From the IMG/VR virus record IMGVR_UViG_3300046820_002883: 64,000 bases of DNA; one strand, given 5' to 3'. Positions 1 through 9,362 of the stretch are shown here, piece by piece (position 1 is the first letter of the stretch; every line of letters begins with the position of its first letter). Under the pieces are notes generated by a model. The model saw only the letters and a list, made by a program, of their open reading frames with translations, did no database searches and was not told the origin of the DNA. Source of the DNA: an uncultured virus (IMG/VR IMGVR_UViG_3300046820_002883). Taxonomy: Duplodnaviria; Heunggongvirae; Uroviricota; Caudoviricetes. Made by a program: the position numbers and the translations under genes.

Positions 1-52
1 GTGCAATGACTAATACGATAACTGTAAAGTTTTTTTGTATGAAATTTTTCAT
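1..52 (-). CDS. 5' end of a membrane protein gene running off the left edge (MKNFIQKNFTVIVLVIA...)
   Basis: ATG at 52 with A-rich leader and TATTTAT motif at 66-72; frame open to position 1; hydrophobic N-terminus. Confidence 0.6.
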   Translation of the reverse strand, partial: MKNFIQKNFTVIVLVIA

Positions 53-63
53 AATTTTTTTAT

Positions 64-882
64 TTATAAATAGTTTAATAAACCGTAACTATCATTACGG
101 AGTTTCTTTAATGCTTTATCACGTAATTGTCTTATACGTTCTTTTGTACAACCAAACTGTTCTCCCAAATCCTCCAAGTTCATTTCAATACCATTTAACC
201 CATACGATTTTTCGATTATCACCTTTTCTCTATCATCAAGAACCGACAACATCATCGATACTCTTTTACGAATTTCCTCAACAGTATTTAACGAATCTTC
301 AGGATTTTCAGAATTAGGGTTTGGGATAGTGTCAATCAATTGGTCACCCTCTTCATTTATGTCTTCAAAAAGATTAACGCAGTACGGTAAAACAATTTCG
401 GTTCCTTTATCACTATCTTCGTAGTTGATGAAGAATTGGTCGTCCACATTTACCTGTTCGTTTTTTCTTCTTTTTTGATTTTCTTGAATGATGTTTGACG
501 GAAGTCGTATAATTCTCGCATTTTCATTCAATGATGCCATGATAGATTGTTTAACCCACCAAACAGCATAAGAAATAAACTTGTACCCACTGCTTGGGTC
601 AAATCTTTCAGCTGCTCGAATTAATCCGATGTTACCCTCTGAAATTAAATCAATTAAATCCATTCCATTATTTTGGTACATCTTAGCAACTGAAATAACA
701 AATCTTAAATTACCTAAAACAAGTTCATTTAATAACTTGTCCTTTTCTTGTTTGGTAATTTTTTTGTCTCTCAACAATTCAAAAATCTCATTTTGTCTTT
801 CATGTGAGACAACTTTAATTTTTCGAATGTCTTTTATGTAATTTTGGATTTCCTCTGTGTTTATTAGTACGGTTTTGTTCAT
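64..882 (-). CDS. Phage-encoded RNA polymerase sigma70-family factor (RpoD/RpoS-like regions 1.2, 2, 4)
   Basis: NLRFVISVAK, DLISEGNIGLIRAAERFD, KFISYAVWW (region 2); LEDLGEQFGCTKERIRQLRDKALKKLR (region 4 HTH). Confidence 0.95.
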   Translation of the reverse strand: MNKTVLINTEEIQNYIKDIRKIKVVSHERQNEIFELLRDKKITKQEKDKLLNELVLGNLRFVISVAKMYQNNGMDLIDLISEGNIGLIRAAERFDPSSGYKFISYAVWWVKQSIMASLNENARIIRLPSNIIQENQKRRKNEQVNVDDQFFINYEDSDKGTEIVLPYCVNLFEDINEEGDQLIDTIPNPNSENPEDSLNTVEEIRKRVSMMLSVLDDREKVIIEKSYGLNGIEMNLEDLGEQFGCTKERIRQLRDKALKKLRNDSYGLLNYL

Positions 883-927
883 TAAAAAAATTGGTTTGTA
901 GTTCGAGGTAAAAATAAGTATATTTTT

Positions 928-1392
928 TTAATTTTCAAAGTTATCTAGAAACTTTTTTTCGTCTTCTGTCAAACTTTCTACCCCGAACTGTTCAATTTTT
1001 TCCAAAATTACGTCTAAATCCATGTTTTCCAATTGTTTAGATTGTTCAGTTTTTTTACCGTAATCTAACCTCAATTGGACATGTTCTTCATTGGGTTTGA
1101 ACATAAAATCCTTCATTTGCACTGGAATATTCGCACTATATATCCCTTCTCTTTCGAATAAAAAGTAGAATTTAGTGGTTTCCATGGAAATTATATTGTG
1201 AAGTTCTTCGGATAACTCTTTCCTTGTTGCATCCGATTCAAATATAACAATTATATTCTTTGATGTATCTTCAATAACAAATCTAACTTTTTTAATTCTT
1301 GGACTTGCTCCAAGAACATCTAAACAGAAGAATTCCACATCCTCATGGTCGTCAAAACTTGCGTATAAAAATAACAAATATGTTTTCATCAA
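928..1392 (-). CDS. Hypothetical protein with short C-terminal helical domain (DUF6576-like)
   Basis: 154-aa ORF; C-terminal LDVILEKIEQFGVESLTEDEKKFLD pattern. Confidence 0.7.
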   Translation of the reverse strand: MMKTYLLFLYASFDDHEDVEFFCLDVLGASPRIKKVRFVIEDTSKNIIVIFESDATRKELSEELHNIISMETTKFYFLFEREGIYSANIPVQMKDFMFKPNEEHVQLRLDYGKKTEQSKQLENMDLDVILEKIEQFGVESLTEDEKKFLDNFEN

Positions 1393-1404
1393 TCTATAAA
1401 TTTT

Positions 1405-1824
1405 TTAATGAACTATCAATAGTGTACCTAAAACCAAAACCGCCACCCCTGAAATTATGGAGGTGAATTTATTCTTAACCTTTTCTTTCTTTAATTGAAA
1501 CTCAAGTTTTTTGGAATAATCCTCCATCACTTTATATTTCTGATTTTGTGCATCAATTATTGAAACATAATTCTGTTCTTTAATTTGCATTGTGGTTATG
1601 ATACTATCTTTTAATTCAACCTTTTTTTCAGTTACAACCAATAAAGAATCACTCAATTTAAGCTGTTCTTTGGCCTCATCACCAGATTTTAAATCTTTAA
1701 CAATCTCTTTAACTTTAGAGATTGGGAAACATTTAACGGGTTCTGTTTTATTATTTGTATCTGTCTGAGAAAAAGCTGTCAAGCTCAGGTTCAGTGTAAC
1801 TATCAACACGATTAATTTCTTCAT
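1405..1824 (-). CDS. Secreted/membrane coiled-coil protein, putative spanin-like partner
   Basis: Signal peptide MKKLIVLIVTLNLSLTAFS-Q, central coiled coil, C-terminal TM helix; overlaps upstream gene by 74 nt. Confidence 0.65.
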   Translation of the reverse strand: MKKLIVLIVTLNLSLTAFSQTDTNNKTEPVKCFPISKVKEIVKDLKSGDEAKEQLKLSDSLLVVTEKKVELKDSIITTMQIKEQNYVSIIDAQNQKYKVMEDYSKKLEFQLKKEKVKNKFTSIISGVAVLVLGTLLIVH

Positions 1825-2122
1825 GATATTTTTGTTTTACTTTTGTCTTTTTATGTTTTATGTCTTCAATTTGTTTATCAACCAAATCAATCTCTTTGTT
1901 TAGTCCCACAATGGTACTATCCAATTTAGCGTTTTCATCATGAAGACCCTGAATGACAACGTTTAACGAGTCTATCTTTTGTTTATCTTTATCTGACATA
2001 GTTACACTTGGTGTTATTACGAAAATTAACCAATACAGTGCAACTAAACCAATACCAACAATTAATAGAGTCTTGTAATTTTTACTAAAAAAGGAACCTA
2101 CGGTGTTTAATTTTTTATCCAT
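1751..2122 (-). CDS. Inner-membrane-anchored coiled-coil protein, putative i-spanin-like
   Basis: N-terminal TM (TLLIVGIGLVALYWLIFVI) then heptad coiled coil; TATTTAT motif at 2138-2144. Confidence 0.65.
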   Translation of the reverse strand: MDKKLNTVGSFFSKNYKTLLIVGIGLVALYWLIFVITPSVTMSDKDKQKIDSLNVVIQGLHDENAKLDSTIVGLNKEIDLVDKQIEDIKHKKTKVKQKYHEEINRVDSYTEPELDSFFSDRYK

Positions 2123-2159
2123 AATTATGTTTTAATTATAAATACCCACACCTCTTAGT

Positions 2160-2834
2160 TTACTTCTTTTTACTAACAATCTCATCAATAATACCATATT
2201 CAAAAGCGTCTTGAGATGATAACCAAAGGTCTCTTGTCGCATCTTTCATCACTTGTTCGGCGGTTTTATTACAGTACGTTCCCAATAATTGAAATAGGGT
2301 TTCATTTAATTTAACCCACTCTTTCATTGAAATTTCCGCGTCTTGGATATTACCTTCAAAACCACCTGATGATTGGTGTAACATTGTACGTGAGAAACGT
2401 AATGAACTTCTCTTACCGACAGTTCCCGCTCCTAATAGAATTGAACCCATTGATGCCGCCATACCTGTATTAATGGTTCTGATATCGGAACTAATATAGT
2501 CCATAACATCCACCATAGACAGACCCGATTTAACCGAACCACCGGGACTATCAATGTGCATTGTGATGTCATTGTTGTCCAAACTGTCCAAGAACATCAA
2601 CTGAGCTTGTACAATTGTTGACATATTATCGTTAACCACACCAGCAACCCATATGATACGTTCCATCATCAAACGAGAGAACACATCCATTGCAGTCACG
2701 TTTAATTGTCTTTCTTCAAGGATGTATGGGGTTAAACTATCCTCAACTTGTCTGTTAAAGTAGTGTAAATTCATTCCACTAATACCTTTGTCCTTTGCGA
2801 ACAAACCGAAGTCTTTATATTGTTTTGATGTCAT
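2160..2834 (-). CDS. clpP: ATP-dependent Clp protease proteolytic subunit
   Basis: DVFSRLMMERII, IDSPGGSV, catalytic Ser in AASMG, His in MLHQ, Asp in TRDLW; Bacteroidota-type N-terminal extension. Confidence 0.97.
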   Translation of the reverse strand: MTSKQYKDFGLFAKDKGISGMNLHYFNRQVEDSLTPYILEERQLNVTAMDVFSRLMMERIIWVAGVVNDNMSTIVQAQLMFLDSLDNNDITMHIDSPGGSVKSGLSMVDVMDYISSDIRTINTGMAASMGSILLGAGTVGKRSSLRFSRTMLHQSSGGFEGNIQDAEISMKEWVKLNETLFQLLGTYCNKTAEQVMKDATRDLWLSSQDAFEYGIIDEIVSKKK

Positions 2835-2871
2835 AATGTTTTTTATTTAAATGTAAGAAATTTTTTTGAAA

Positions 2872-5214
2872 TTAAGAAATTTTTGGGGTAATATAATCCA
2901 CAGAACTTACGTTGTCTTCTTTTTTGACCATAAGTAAATTATCGGACCAATTTCTAATCAGTGTGTTGTGAGAGATTACAAAAATGTGGTCAAAATAGGT
3001 TTTAATCTTCTTAAAGAATTCACCTACCATCTCTAAGTTCTCGTCCGCAATTTTACCGAATACCTCATCCATTACCATGATATTTGGTTTAGGTAAAGAA
3101 GAAATTTTGGTTAATACACTTCGTAACGCTAACGATGAAATTGTCTTCTCATACCCCGAACCTGCGTTCAATGGTTTAACAACCCTTGTTTCGGTATCAA
3201 TCATAAGGAATTCCACCTCATTCTTATCGTTAATATTTAATTCTAAAATGAAGTAACAACTGTCAACCAATAAACGATATAGTTCTTGGTTAATTAGTGG
3301 GACCATATTTCTAAGAATAATTTTAGAGATACCATTTTTACCAAAGATAGTTAGATATGTTTTGAACACTCCTTGAGTCTGATTTTCACTTTTAATTTTA
3401 CGAATCAAATCTTTGTTAGTACCAATCTTTTGATTTAAAACAGTTGTGTTGTTTTTTAATCTCTCAATATTAGTATTGTATATACGAATATCTGCGTTTG
3501 CGGTCTCTACTTGAGTTTTTAAACCAACCAATTCCGCATCTATCTTTTGATTTTCCGCTAACTTTTGTTTGTTACGGTCATAATTGTCAAGTTTCATTTG
3601 TAACTTTTCAATTTCCATTCGTTTTTGTTCAACCTCAAGTTCGTATTTTGTCTTTCTGATTTTGTTCTTCTCATACTCATCGTATTCCTTTTTCAAATCG
3701 GAAAAAACCTTTTCATTTTCAGTTAACTCATCGTATTTTTTTCTGTTGTCAATTTGAGTTTGTTTAACCGATTCAATCAATTGTTTTAGTTTATTGATTT
3801 CTTCTGTGTGGTCGACATCTTCCAATGCACGATTACAAGTTGGACAAATTTGACCTTCTTCTAATTGTTTAACTAACTCTTCGTTTCGTTTAATTGTATC
3901 CGCATTAACTCGTCCCTCCACAACTAAACCATTCATTTCGTCTTTAACTAATTGGTGGTCTTCTTCAAGATAAAACTTTGAGGGTTCTTTAACATCAACC
4001 GAATTTGCGTTTGAAATTGCAATATCTTTTTGTTTCACCAAATTACCCATATCAAGTTTGATTTGGTCGGTGTTTGTTCTAATTAACTCTTGGTCAATGT
4101 CATTATTTCTTCTGGATAATAAACCGTCTCTACGAGACTCTAATTCCTTTAATGTGATTTCCGTGTTAGATAACTCACCATTCAATCTAACAATCTCACT
4201 ATCATTGAATGTGATTTCGTCTTCAAATGATTTTGTTTCATTTTCTAAATCGGAAATGTTATGTTGATTAGATACCAACGTTTTACTCCATTCGGTTTGG
4301 ATGGTTTTACAAAGTTCCTCTTTTTCTTTAAGGACTTCTAATCCTAAAAACTTGGTGAGAATTTGACCTCTCGCCGTTGGTTTGGAATCAATTAGTTCTT
4401 CCAAATTGTATCCTGTTGTCAAGATGGTTGAAAGGAAATCTTCTTCGGTACCAATCGCGTTGGTAATAAAGATTTCGGTTTCCCTTCTCTGTTCTCCTGT
4501 CAAATTTTCAAATGAACCATCCTCATTTACTTTATAAAAATCAAGTACATTGGTTACATTGTAATCTCCACTCTTTGCTTTCTTACGAGTACTAATTCTT
4601 TCGATAATATAATCGTCACCATCGATGTTGATGTTTCCTTTTACCCTAACTTCATTGTCATCTGTGAATCGGTTAAAGATTTCAGATACTGTTTTAGTTT
4701 TGGTTGTTTTGTTGAAAAACAAATACATTAGTAAGTCGACAGTTGCAGTGGATTTACCCCCAAAGTTTTTTGGGTTAGATTCAACCACAGTGATTCCCGG
4801 TAATTCAGAAAAAGAAATCTCATTGTTCCTTCCGTATGAAAGAAAATTTGAGAACTCTACTTTGTTCACATACCATTTGTTGTATTTTACTTTACCACCA
4901 TTCTTACTAAGATACGCTTCATTCACTTTATTGTCCAATCTATCAACTAAGTCCCACACAACGTCAATTTTATTCTCTTCGATAAAATCTTTTGCTAAGA
5001 CCTTTTGATATTGCATATCTGAAATGTTCTCAGATATGTCTAATGATTGAAGTTTTGTGTTTTCACCATCCGATAAAACTTTAGTGATAATTTGTACAAA
5101 CTTAGTGTTGTACTTTTTTTGAAAGTGGCATTTAACTCTACTGATTTTTTCAGCAGTAAAATTCTCAGGAGTATCCTGCCAAGTTACTTTAATATAAGGA
5201 TTGTTATATGACAT
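2872..5214 (-). CDS. sbcC: SbcC/Rad50/T4 gp46-like ABC ATPase with ~110-aa N-terminal extension
   Basis: NFLSYG, Walker A NFGGKST, coiled coil with CPTC zinc hook, signature variant GSGYE, Walker B MVMDEVFG, ISH; start placed at ATG 5214 (ORF track 5247). Confidence 0.92.
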   Translation of the reverse strand: MSYNNPYIKVTWQDTPENFTAEKISRVKCHFQKKYNTKFVQIITKVLSDGENTKLQSLDISENISDMQYQKVLAKDFIEENKIDVVWDLVDRLDNKVNEAYLSKNGGKVKYNKWYVNKVEFSNFLSYGRNNEISFSELPGITVVESNPKNFGGKSTATVDLLMYLFFNKTTKTKTVSEIFNRFTDDNEVRVKGNINIDGDDYIIERISTRKKAKSGDYNVTNVLDFYKVNEDGSFENLTGEQRRETEIFITNAIGTEEDFLSTILTTGYNLEELIDSKPTARGQILTKFLGLEVLKEKEELCKTIQTEWSKTLVSNQHNISDLENETKSFEDEITFNDSEIVRLNGELSNTEITLKELESRRDGLLSRRNNDIDQELIRTNTDQIKLDMGNLVKQKDIAISNANSVDVKEPSKFYLEEDHQLVKDEMNGLVVEGRVNADTIKRNEELVKQLEEGQICPTCNRALEDVDHTEEINKLKQLIESVKQTQIDNRKKYDELTENEKVFSDLKKEYDEYEKNKIRKTKYELEVEQKRMEIEKLQMKLDNYDRNKQKLAENQKIDAELVGLKTQVETANADIRIYNTNIERLKNNTTVLNQKIGTNKDLIRKIKSENQTQGVFKTYLTIFGKNGISKIILRNMVPLINQELYRLLVDSCYFILELNINDKNEVEFLMIDTETRVVKPLNAGSGYEKTISSLALRSVLTKISSLPKPNIMVMDEVFGKIADENLEMVGEFFKKIKTYFDHIFVISHNTLIRNWSDNLLMVKKEDNVSSVDYITPKIS

Positions 5215-5719
5215 TGTCGTTTTTTTGTAGTTCCCATTTTTCGTCAATTAGATTGTACGTTTCTACGTGTTCTTCTCTAAATGACATCCATTTTTCAAGT
5301 TCGTTACTGTTGTTTGGAGTGAACTCAGTAAACATGATTTTGTTTTTGTCTTTGATAGTTTCAGGTCTAATCAAAATAACTTGTGTAAACTTTTTATTGG
5401 TTCTGACAAAAATATGTTTATTCTCATTCGATTCCAAATTATCATTTACTTTATTATACCAATATTTTGCTTTTCGTATTGGTATATTAATCGTTCTGTA
5501 CCCTAAACCACTCATTATTGAATAATCATTTGACCAAAAGTTTCCTGACCATCCGCCCCTTTCCAATTCCGCTCCGATTGTTTCATCATCTACGTTTATT
5601 AAATCAATTGCCTTCGAATTGGAGTGGCAATTAAAGTTGAGGTCAAATACCTCTTTTAAAAATTTTTTCGAGAATTCTCTAACTTCTGAATCATCATAGT
5701 TTCTTTTGATAAAGGCCAT
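5204..5719 (-). CDS. Hypothetical protein, possibly restriction-endonuclease-like (PD-(D/E)xK) fold
   Basis: 171-aa ORF; AIDL...GAELE spacing is reminiscent of a PD-ExK core; function uncertain. Confidence 0.6.
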   Translation of the reverse strand: MAFIKRNYDDSEVREFSKKFLKEVFDLNFNCHSNSKAIDLINVDDETIGAELERGGWSGNFWSNDYSIMSGLGYRTINIPIRKAKYWYNKVNDNLESNENKHIFVRTNKKFTQVILIRPETIKDKNKIMFTEFTPNNSNELEKWMSFREEHVETYNLIDEKWELQKNDNVI

Positions 5720-5753
5720 TAAACATTGTATATACTATATCACCCATGGGTGT

Positions 5754-6098
5754 TTATTTGGTTATTCTACTTTCTTCGAAGAACTCAACGATTGCGTTGA
5801 TTGCCCAAACAGAACCCGCCGTGAACATTCCATCAAAGAAAATTGCGGGTAACCACCCGATTCCAAATTGTGTTGTTAATCCACCCAAACATAATGAGAA
5901 GAAAAAACCAACCCATGTTGATGTACATAACATACAACTTATTAGTCCTGAAATAAATTTACCGAGACCTTGAAGAGGAAGAAATGGGTTATTACCCCAC
6001 TTGTGAATTGATTGTCGAGTACTTTCAAAAATAGAACCATAAACTAATATAGTTGTCATTCCGTACGCAGCAACCATCCAAATAATGATTTGTGTCAT
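5754..6098 (-). CDS. Small multi-TM membrane protein with CxxC (DUF1360-like)
   Basis: LISCMLCTSTWVGFF motif, about three TM segments; start placed at ATG 6098 downstream of a promoter-like motif. Confidence 0.7.
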   Translation of the reverse strand: MTQIIIWMVAAYGMTTILVYGSIFESTRQSIHKWGNNPFLPLQGLGKFISGLISCMLCTSTWVGFFFSLCLGGLTTQFGIGWLPAIFFDGMFTAGSVWAINAIVEFFEESRITK

Positions 6099-6147
6099 AA
6101 TTAATTGTTTTGAATAAAATATACGAAAAAATTTTGAATAAACAAAA

Positions 6148-6681
6148 TTACTCGTCATATAATGATGAAAGATTACTATCTTTCATGAACTTGGCTTTCT
6201 TACCAAAGTTTTCTAATGACGCAGTTAATTTATTTAATTCTTCTTGTAGTTTGGAGTTCTCTTCGGTTAATCTCAATACCTCATCATTGTTAGTTACTTC
6301 TTTTGTGACCTCAATGATTTTTTCAACCGGAACTTCTTTGATGATTTCTTTAACTACAATTTGAGTGTCACCTTTTATTTCGATGGGGACCTCTTTAATA
6401 ACCTCGACGGGTACTTCTTTAATAATTTCCTTGATTACCTCAACCGGAATTTCTTTGGTTACTATTTTTTCAACAATAACTTCAACGGGTACTTCTTTGA
6501 TTACCTCTTTCTCAATAATTCTCTCATTACTTTGAAAACCTTTAGGGGTTTCACCATATTTTATTATAGTAAACCCCCTTTGAAAAACTTGTTTAGCAAA
6601 TGTTTCAGGATTTTCAATATTGTTTATTTCACAATATTTTATAAATTCATTATCTAACGTTAAGGAGTACTTCGGAACCAT
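6148..6681 (-). CDS. Hypothetical protein with VPVEVIKE (articulin/alveolin-like) repeats and C-terminal coiled coil
   Basis: Repeated EVPVEVIKE/EIIKEVPVE units. Confidence 0.8.
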   Translation of the reverse strand: MVPKYSLTLDNEFIKYCEINNIENPETFAKQVFQRGFTIIKYGETPKGFQSNERIIEKEVIKEVPVEVIVEKIVTKEIPVEVIKEIIKEVPVEVIKEVPIEIKGDTQIVVKEIIKEVPVEKIIEVTKEVTNNDEVLRLTEENSKLQEELNKLTASLENFGKKAKFMKDSNLSSLYDE

Positions 6682-7453
6682 TTTCTAAATCGGTTATGTC
6701 TGATATTGAGAAATGTAAAAATGGTTGCTCGTTTTCAATGTCAACCGTAGTGTATTCATCACTCTCTACATCATAAATACCGTACCCATGGTAATTTATA
6801 GTCTCTCCAAAGTTTTGTTGAATTAAAGAACCAATCATAATTGCTTTACCACCATTAGGTAAGTCAAACATTTGTCGTTTATGGATATCTCCACATAATA
6901 AAAGGTCCAAACCAACAAAATTCAATGGTGAATATGCCGTTTCAAATTCAAAACCGGTGTCTGTTGATAATCCTTGGATTGGTCCATGGAATAAACCAAC
7001 ATAAAACCCATCTTCTTTAACGTATTCAGGTCTTTGATTATGTTGATATAGTGAATAGACAACCCAATTGATGTTATCGTCTTTATATACTCCACTATTT
7101 TTAAAATAGGCAACATTTTCATGGTCCAATAACTCAACAATTGGTGTTATACTATCCAATCTATTTGTGTTATTCTCTAAGAAGTCGTGGTTACCGGGAA
7201 GAATAATAACTTTTCCGTAATTGTCTGCCATTTCCTTGATAAACCAAGACGTTAACATCATTTGTTCATTTGAAATGTTGATTTTTTGGTGAGCAATGTC
7301 ACCGGTAATTACGATTCTGATATCATCATAATCATAACCATCTAGTTTACCTTTTAGGTCCTTTAAAAACAATTTAAACTGTTTTTTGTACATGTCATGT
7401 AACTGAAATGTTCTGATATGTAAATCAGATATGTGTACTATTTTTTTTATCAT
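6650..7453 (-). CDS. sbcD: SbcD/Mre11/T4 gp47-like metallophosphoesterase nuclease
   Basis: HISDLH, ITGD, PGNHD, LFHG, GDIH motifs. Confidence 0.92.
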   Translation of the reverse strand: MIKKIVHISDLHIRTFQLHDMYKKQFKLFLKDLKGKLDGYDYDDIRIVITGDIAHQKINISNEQMMLTSWFIKEMADNYGKVIILPGNHDFLENNTNRLDSITPIVELLDHENVAYFKNSGVYKDDNINWVVYSLYQHNQRPEYVKEDGFYVGLFHGPIQGLSTDTGFEFETAYSPLNFVGLDLLLCGDIHKRQMFDLPNGGKAIMIGSLIQQNFGETINYHGYGIYDVESDEYTTVDIENEQPFLHFSISDITDLENGSEVLLNVR

Positions 7454-8304
7454 TTTAAATAACTTTTAATGTCCATTTGTAAGATACCTTGATTAATTTC
7501 GTTTGGTACTTTGTACTCGACGTACTCACCTGTATCTTTTAAGTGAGTGATAACACATCCCAACATCTTAATGTCTTTAAATTTGGTGTTTTCCAACATC
7601 TTTAACAACAACTTACCATACAAAGGTAATTGAATATAGTAATGAGTTAATGCGGTGTCATAAAAATTTTCAAAAGGATGTAACATTTTACCAGTATAGG
7701 GTTGAATCTTGAAGTTCTTCTCTTGGTTTGTTTTCCAATCCGTCACCACAAGACCAAAACTATCTTTTTGTTTATTCATCATTAACCAAACCTTATCAGG
7801 TTGTCCCGTATAACCAAACTCAGGGTCCCCCAACACGATTTCTGTATCAAGTAAAACTGCACCTCTTTCGTGCATTAAATCTAAGAATTTTTTACCACCA
7901 TAAATCATTTGGTTACTCTTATCAATCTGAGAGTTATCACATTCAAATATTGGTTGTCGAACATCTTTATAGTTGTTGTATTGTTGTACTAAATCACTCT
8001 CTAACACATAGTGTACTCTACTCCCTAAATTGGTTGAGTAGTCTCCTGCGGCTTTCCACTTTTCAAGTAATCGTTGTGATTCGGACTCATCACCATCGGT
8101 CATATCGTATGCCTTTGATTCCGCATCAAATGGTATATAAAATTTCTTTATCACTTTAGATACCGATGGGAAATTACTTTTAATCTTCCCATCTAAATCT
8201 TTCATATAGTAAATGTGTTCATCCTCTATGAAAGTTAATTCAAGTTCTTGTCTTCTTTTTTCAAGAGCCTCTCTAATCTCTTGTGCTATTTTTTTTAAAT
8301 CCAT
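7450..8304 (-). CDS. PD-(D/E)xK exonuclease (lambda-exo/Cas4-like superfamily)
   Basis: GSRVH, E..GQPD..TDWKT, HYYIQLPLY motifs. Confidence 0.85.
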   Translation of the reverse strand: MDLKKIAQEIREALEKRRQELELTFIEDEHIYYMKDLDGKIKSNFPSVSKVIKKFYIPFDAESKAYDMTDGDESESQRLLEKWKAAGDYSTNLGSRVHYVLESDLVQQYNNYKDVRQPIFECDNSQIDKSNQMIYGGKKFLDLMHERGAVLLDTEIVLGDPEFGYTGQPDKVWLMMNKQKDSFGLVVTDWKTNQEKNFKIQPYTGKMLHPFENFYDTALTHYYIQLPLYGKLLLKMLENTKFKDIKMLGCVITHLKDTGEYVEYKVPNEINQGILQMDIKSYLK

Positions 8305-9245
8305 TAGTCTAATTTATATTCTTTATAATTTTCTAAATTACCTTCCAAATCGGCAATATCTTTATCTAAAGGTAGTTTCACAATGTTAACCTTACCCATT
8401 AATTTACCACAATTCATTTTGTGATATAATCTCTCAGCATCATTCCACGCATCTCCATCCAAAACAATAGTCACTTCACATTTATTATCATAAATTTTAT
8501 TGTAAAGTACTTCACTGATATATTTTCCTAACATTGGAATTGCGTTGTCCAAAAAAATCGAATCGAACGCCCCCTCAACTAAGTATATTTTCTTAGTCCA
8601 ATCAATTAAACTTTCATTAAAGATGATTAACTCTTTTTGTACATCGGGGTTTTTATATTTCATTTTTGTTTTTAACAAATATGAACGAGCAATAAAATAG
8701 TTGATTCTCCTGTGTTCGTCGTAAGATGGGATGATTATTCTATTTTCATATGGACCACCAAAACAAAAACCGATATTGAACTTACGAACAATTTTATCGG
8801 TTATGTTTCTTTTTTTCAAGTACGCAACTGCTTGTTTGTAATGGTGAGTTAACTTCATACCATCACTAACCATACTTAAAGGAACAAATTCGGGTGGTAG
8901 TTTAACTTCTTTCTTTACAAATGAAGCAACAAACTCAACGTCTTCCGGTTTTAACAACTCATATCTTTTAAGTTGTTTAGGAGTACCGTATTTTTTAACT
9001 AATTTATAGATTGAACCATGGGTGCCGTTAGTTTCAGCACATGACCAACACTTATAAACTGAACGTTTGTAGTTTATTTCTAAATTACCCTTACCGTCAC
9101 CATCGTCTAATCCTTTAATATCATAAGAACAAACAGGACAATCAAATGATATTTGACCCTTATAGTCATTATGCATTCGATAGTCCCCAAGAATATCTTC
9201 GAGTATCTCGATAAGTGGTTCATATTGTGGGTCCATAGATGACAT
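8304..9245 (-). CDS. DNA primase (Zn finger + TOPRIM)
   Basis: CPVC...CWSC zinc ribbon, RIIIP, KYKNP, LVEGAFD, LDGD; start ATG 9245 or 9236 (ORF track TTG 9263). Confidence 0.92.
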   Translation of the reverse strand: MSSMDPQYEPLIEILEDILGDYRMHNDYKGQISFDCPVCSYDIKGLDDGDGKGNLEINYKRSVYKCWSCAETNGTHGSIYKLVKKYGTPKQLKRYELLKPEDVEFVASFVKKEVKLPPEFVPLSMVSDGMKLTHHYKQAVAYLKKRNITDKIVRKFNIGFCFGGPYENRIIIPSYDEHRRINYFIARSYLLKTKMKYKNPDVQKELIIFNESLIDWTKKIYLVEGAFDSIFLDNAIPMLGKYISEVLYNKIYDNKCEVTIVLDGDAWNDAERLYHKMNCGKLMGKVNIVKLPLDKDIADLEGNLENYKEYKLD

Positions 9246-9295
9246 CCGTAATAATATAAACAAAAAAAGTGAAAATAAAAAATCAGGCGTTAAAA

Positions 9296-9361
9296 TAAAA
9301 AAGGGTGAGAGTTACACCAACAGCTCCCACCCTGTATATTGTCATTCGACAATACCATATG
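9296..9361 (-). ncRNA. Candidate small RNA: hairpin + terminator hairpin whose loop is antisense to the Pro/Thr repeat mRNAs
   Basis: - strand: UAUUGUC-GAAU-GACAAUA hairpin (9337-9354), AGGGUGGGAG-[CUGUUGGUGUAA]-CUCUCACCCU hairpin (9302-9333) then U-run; TTTG-N20-TATAAT immediately upstream. Confidence 0.5.
9297..9333 (-). terminator. Rho-independent terminator
   Basis: 10-bp GC-rich stem (one G-U on the - strand), 12-nt loop, followed by UUUUUAUUUU. Confidence 0.85.
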
Positions 9362-9362
9362 T

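Noticed and set aside
5741..5752. 12-bp palindrome CACCCATGGGTG in a short intergenic gap
   Set aside because: Single copy, no U-tract, no second site seen; too short to interpret
9302..9354. tRNA gene (loop contains UGG and UGU anticodon-like triplets)
   Set aside because: No cloverleaf, T-loop or acceptor stem
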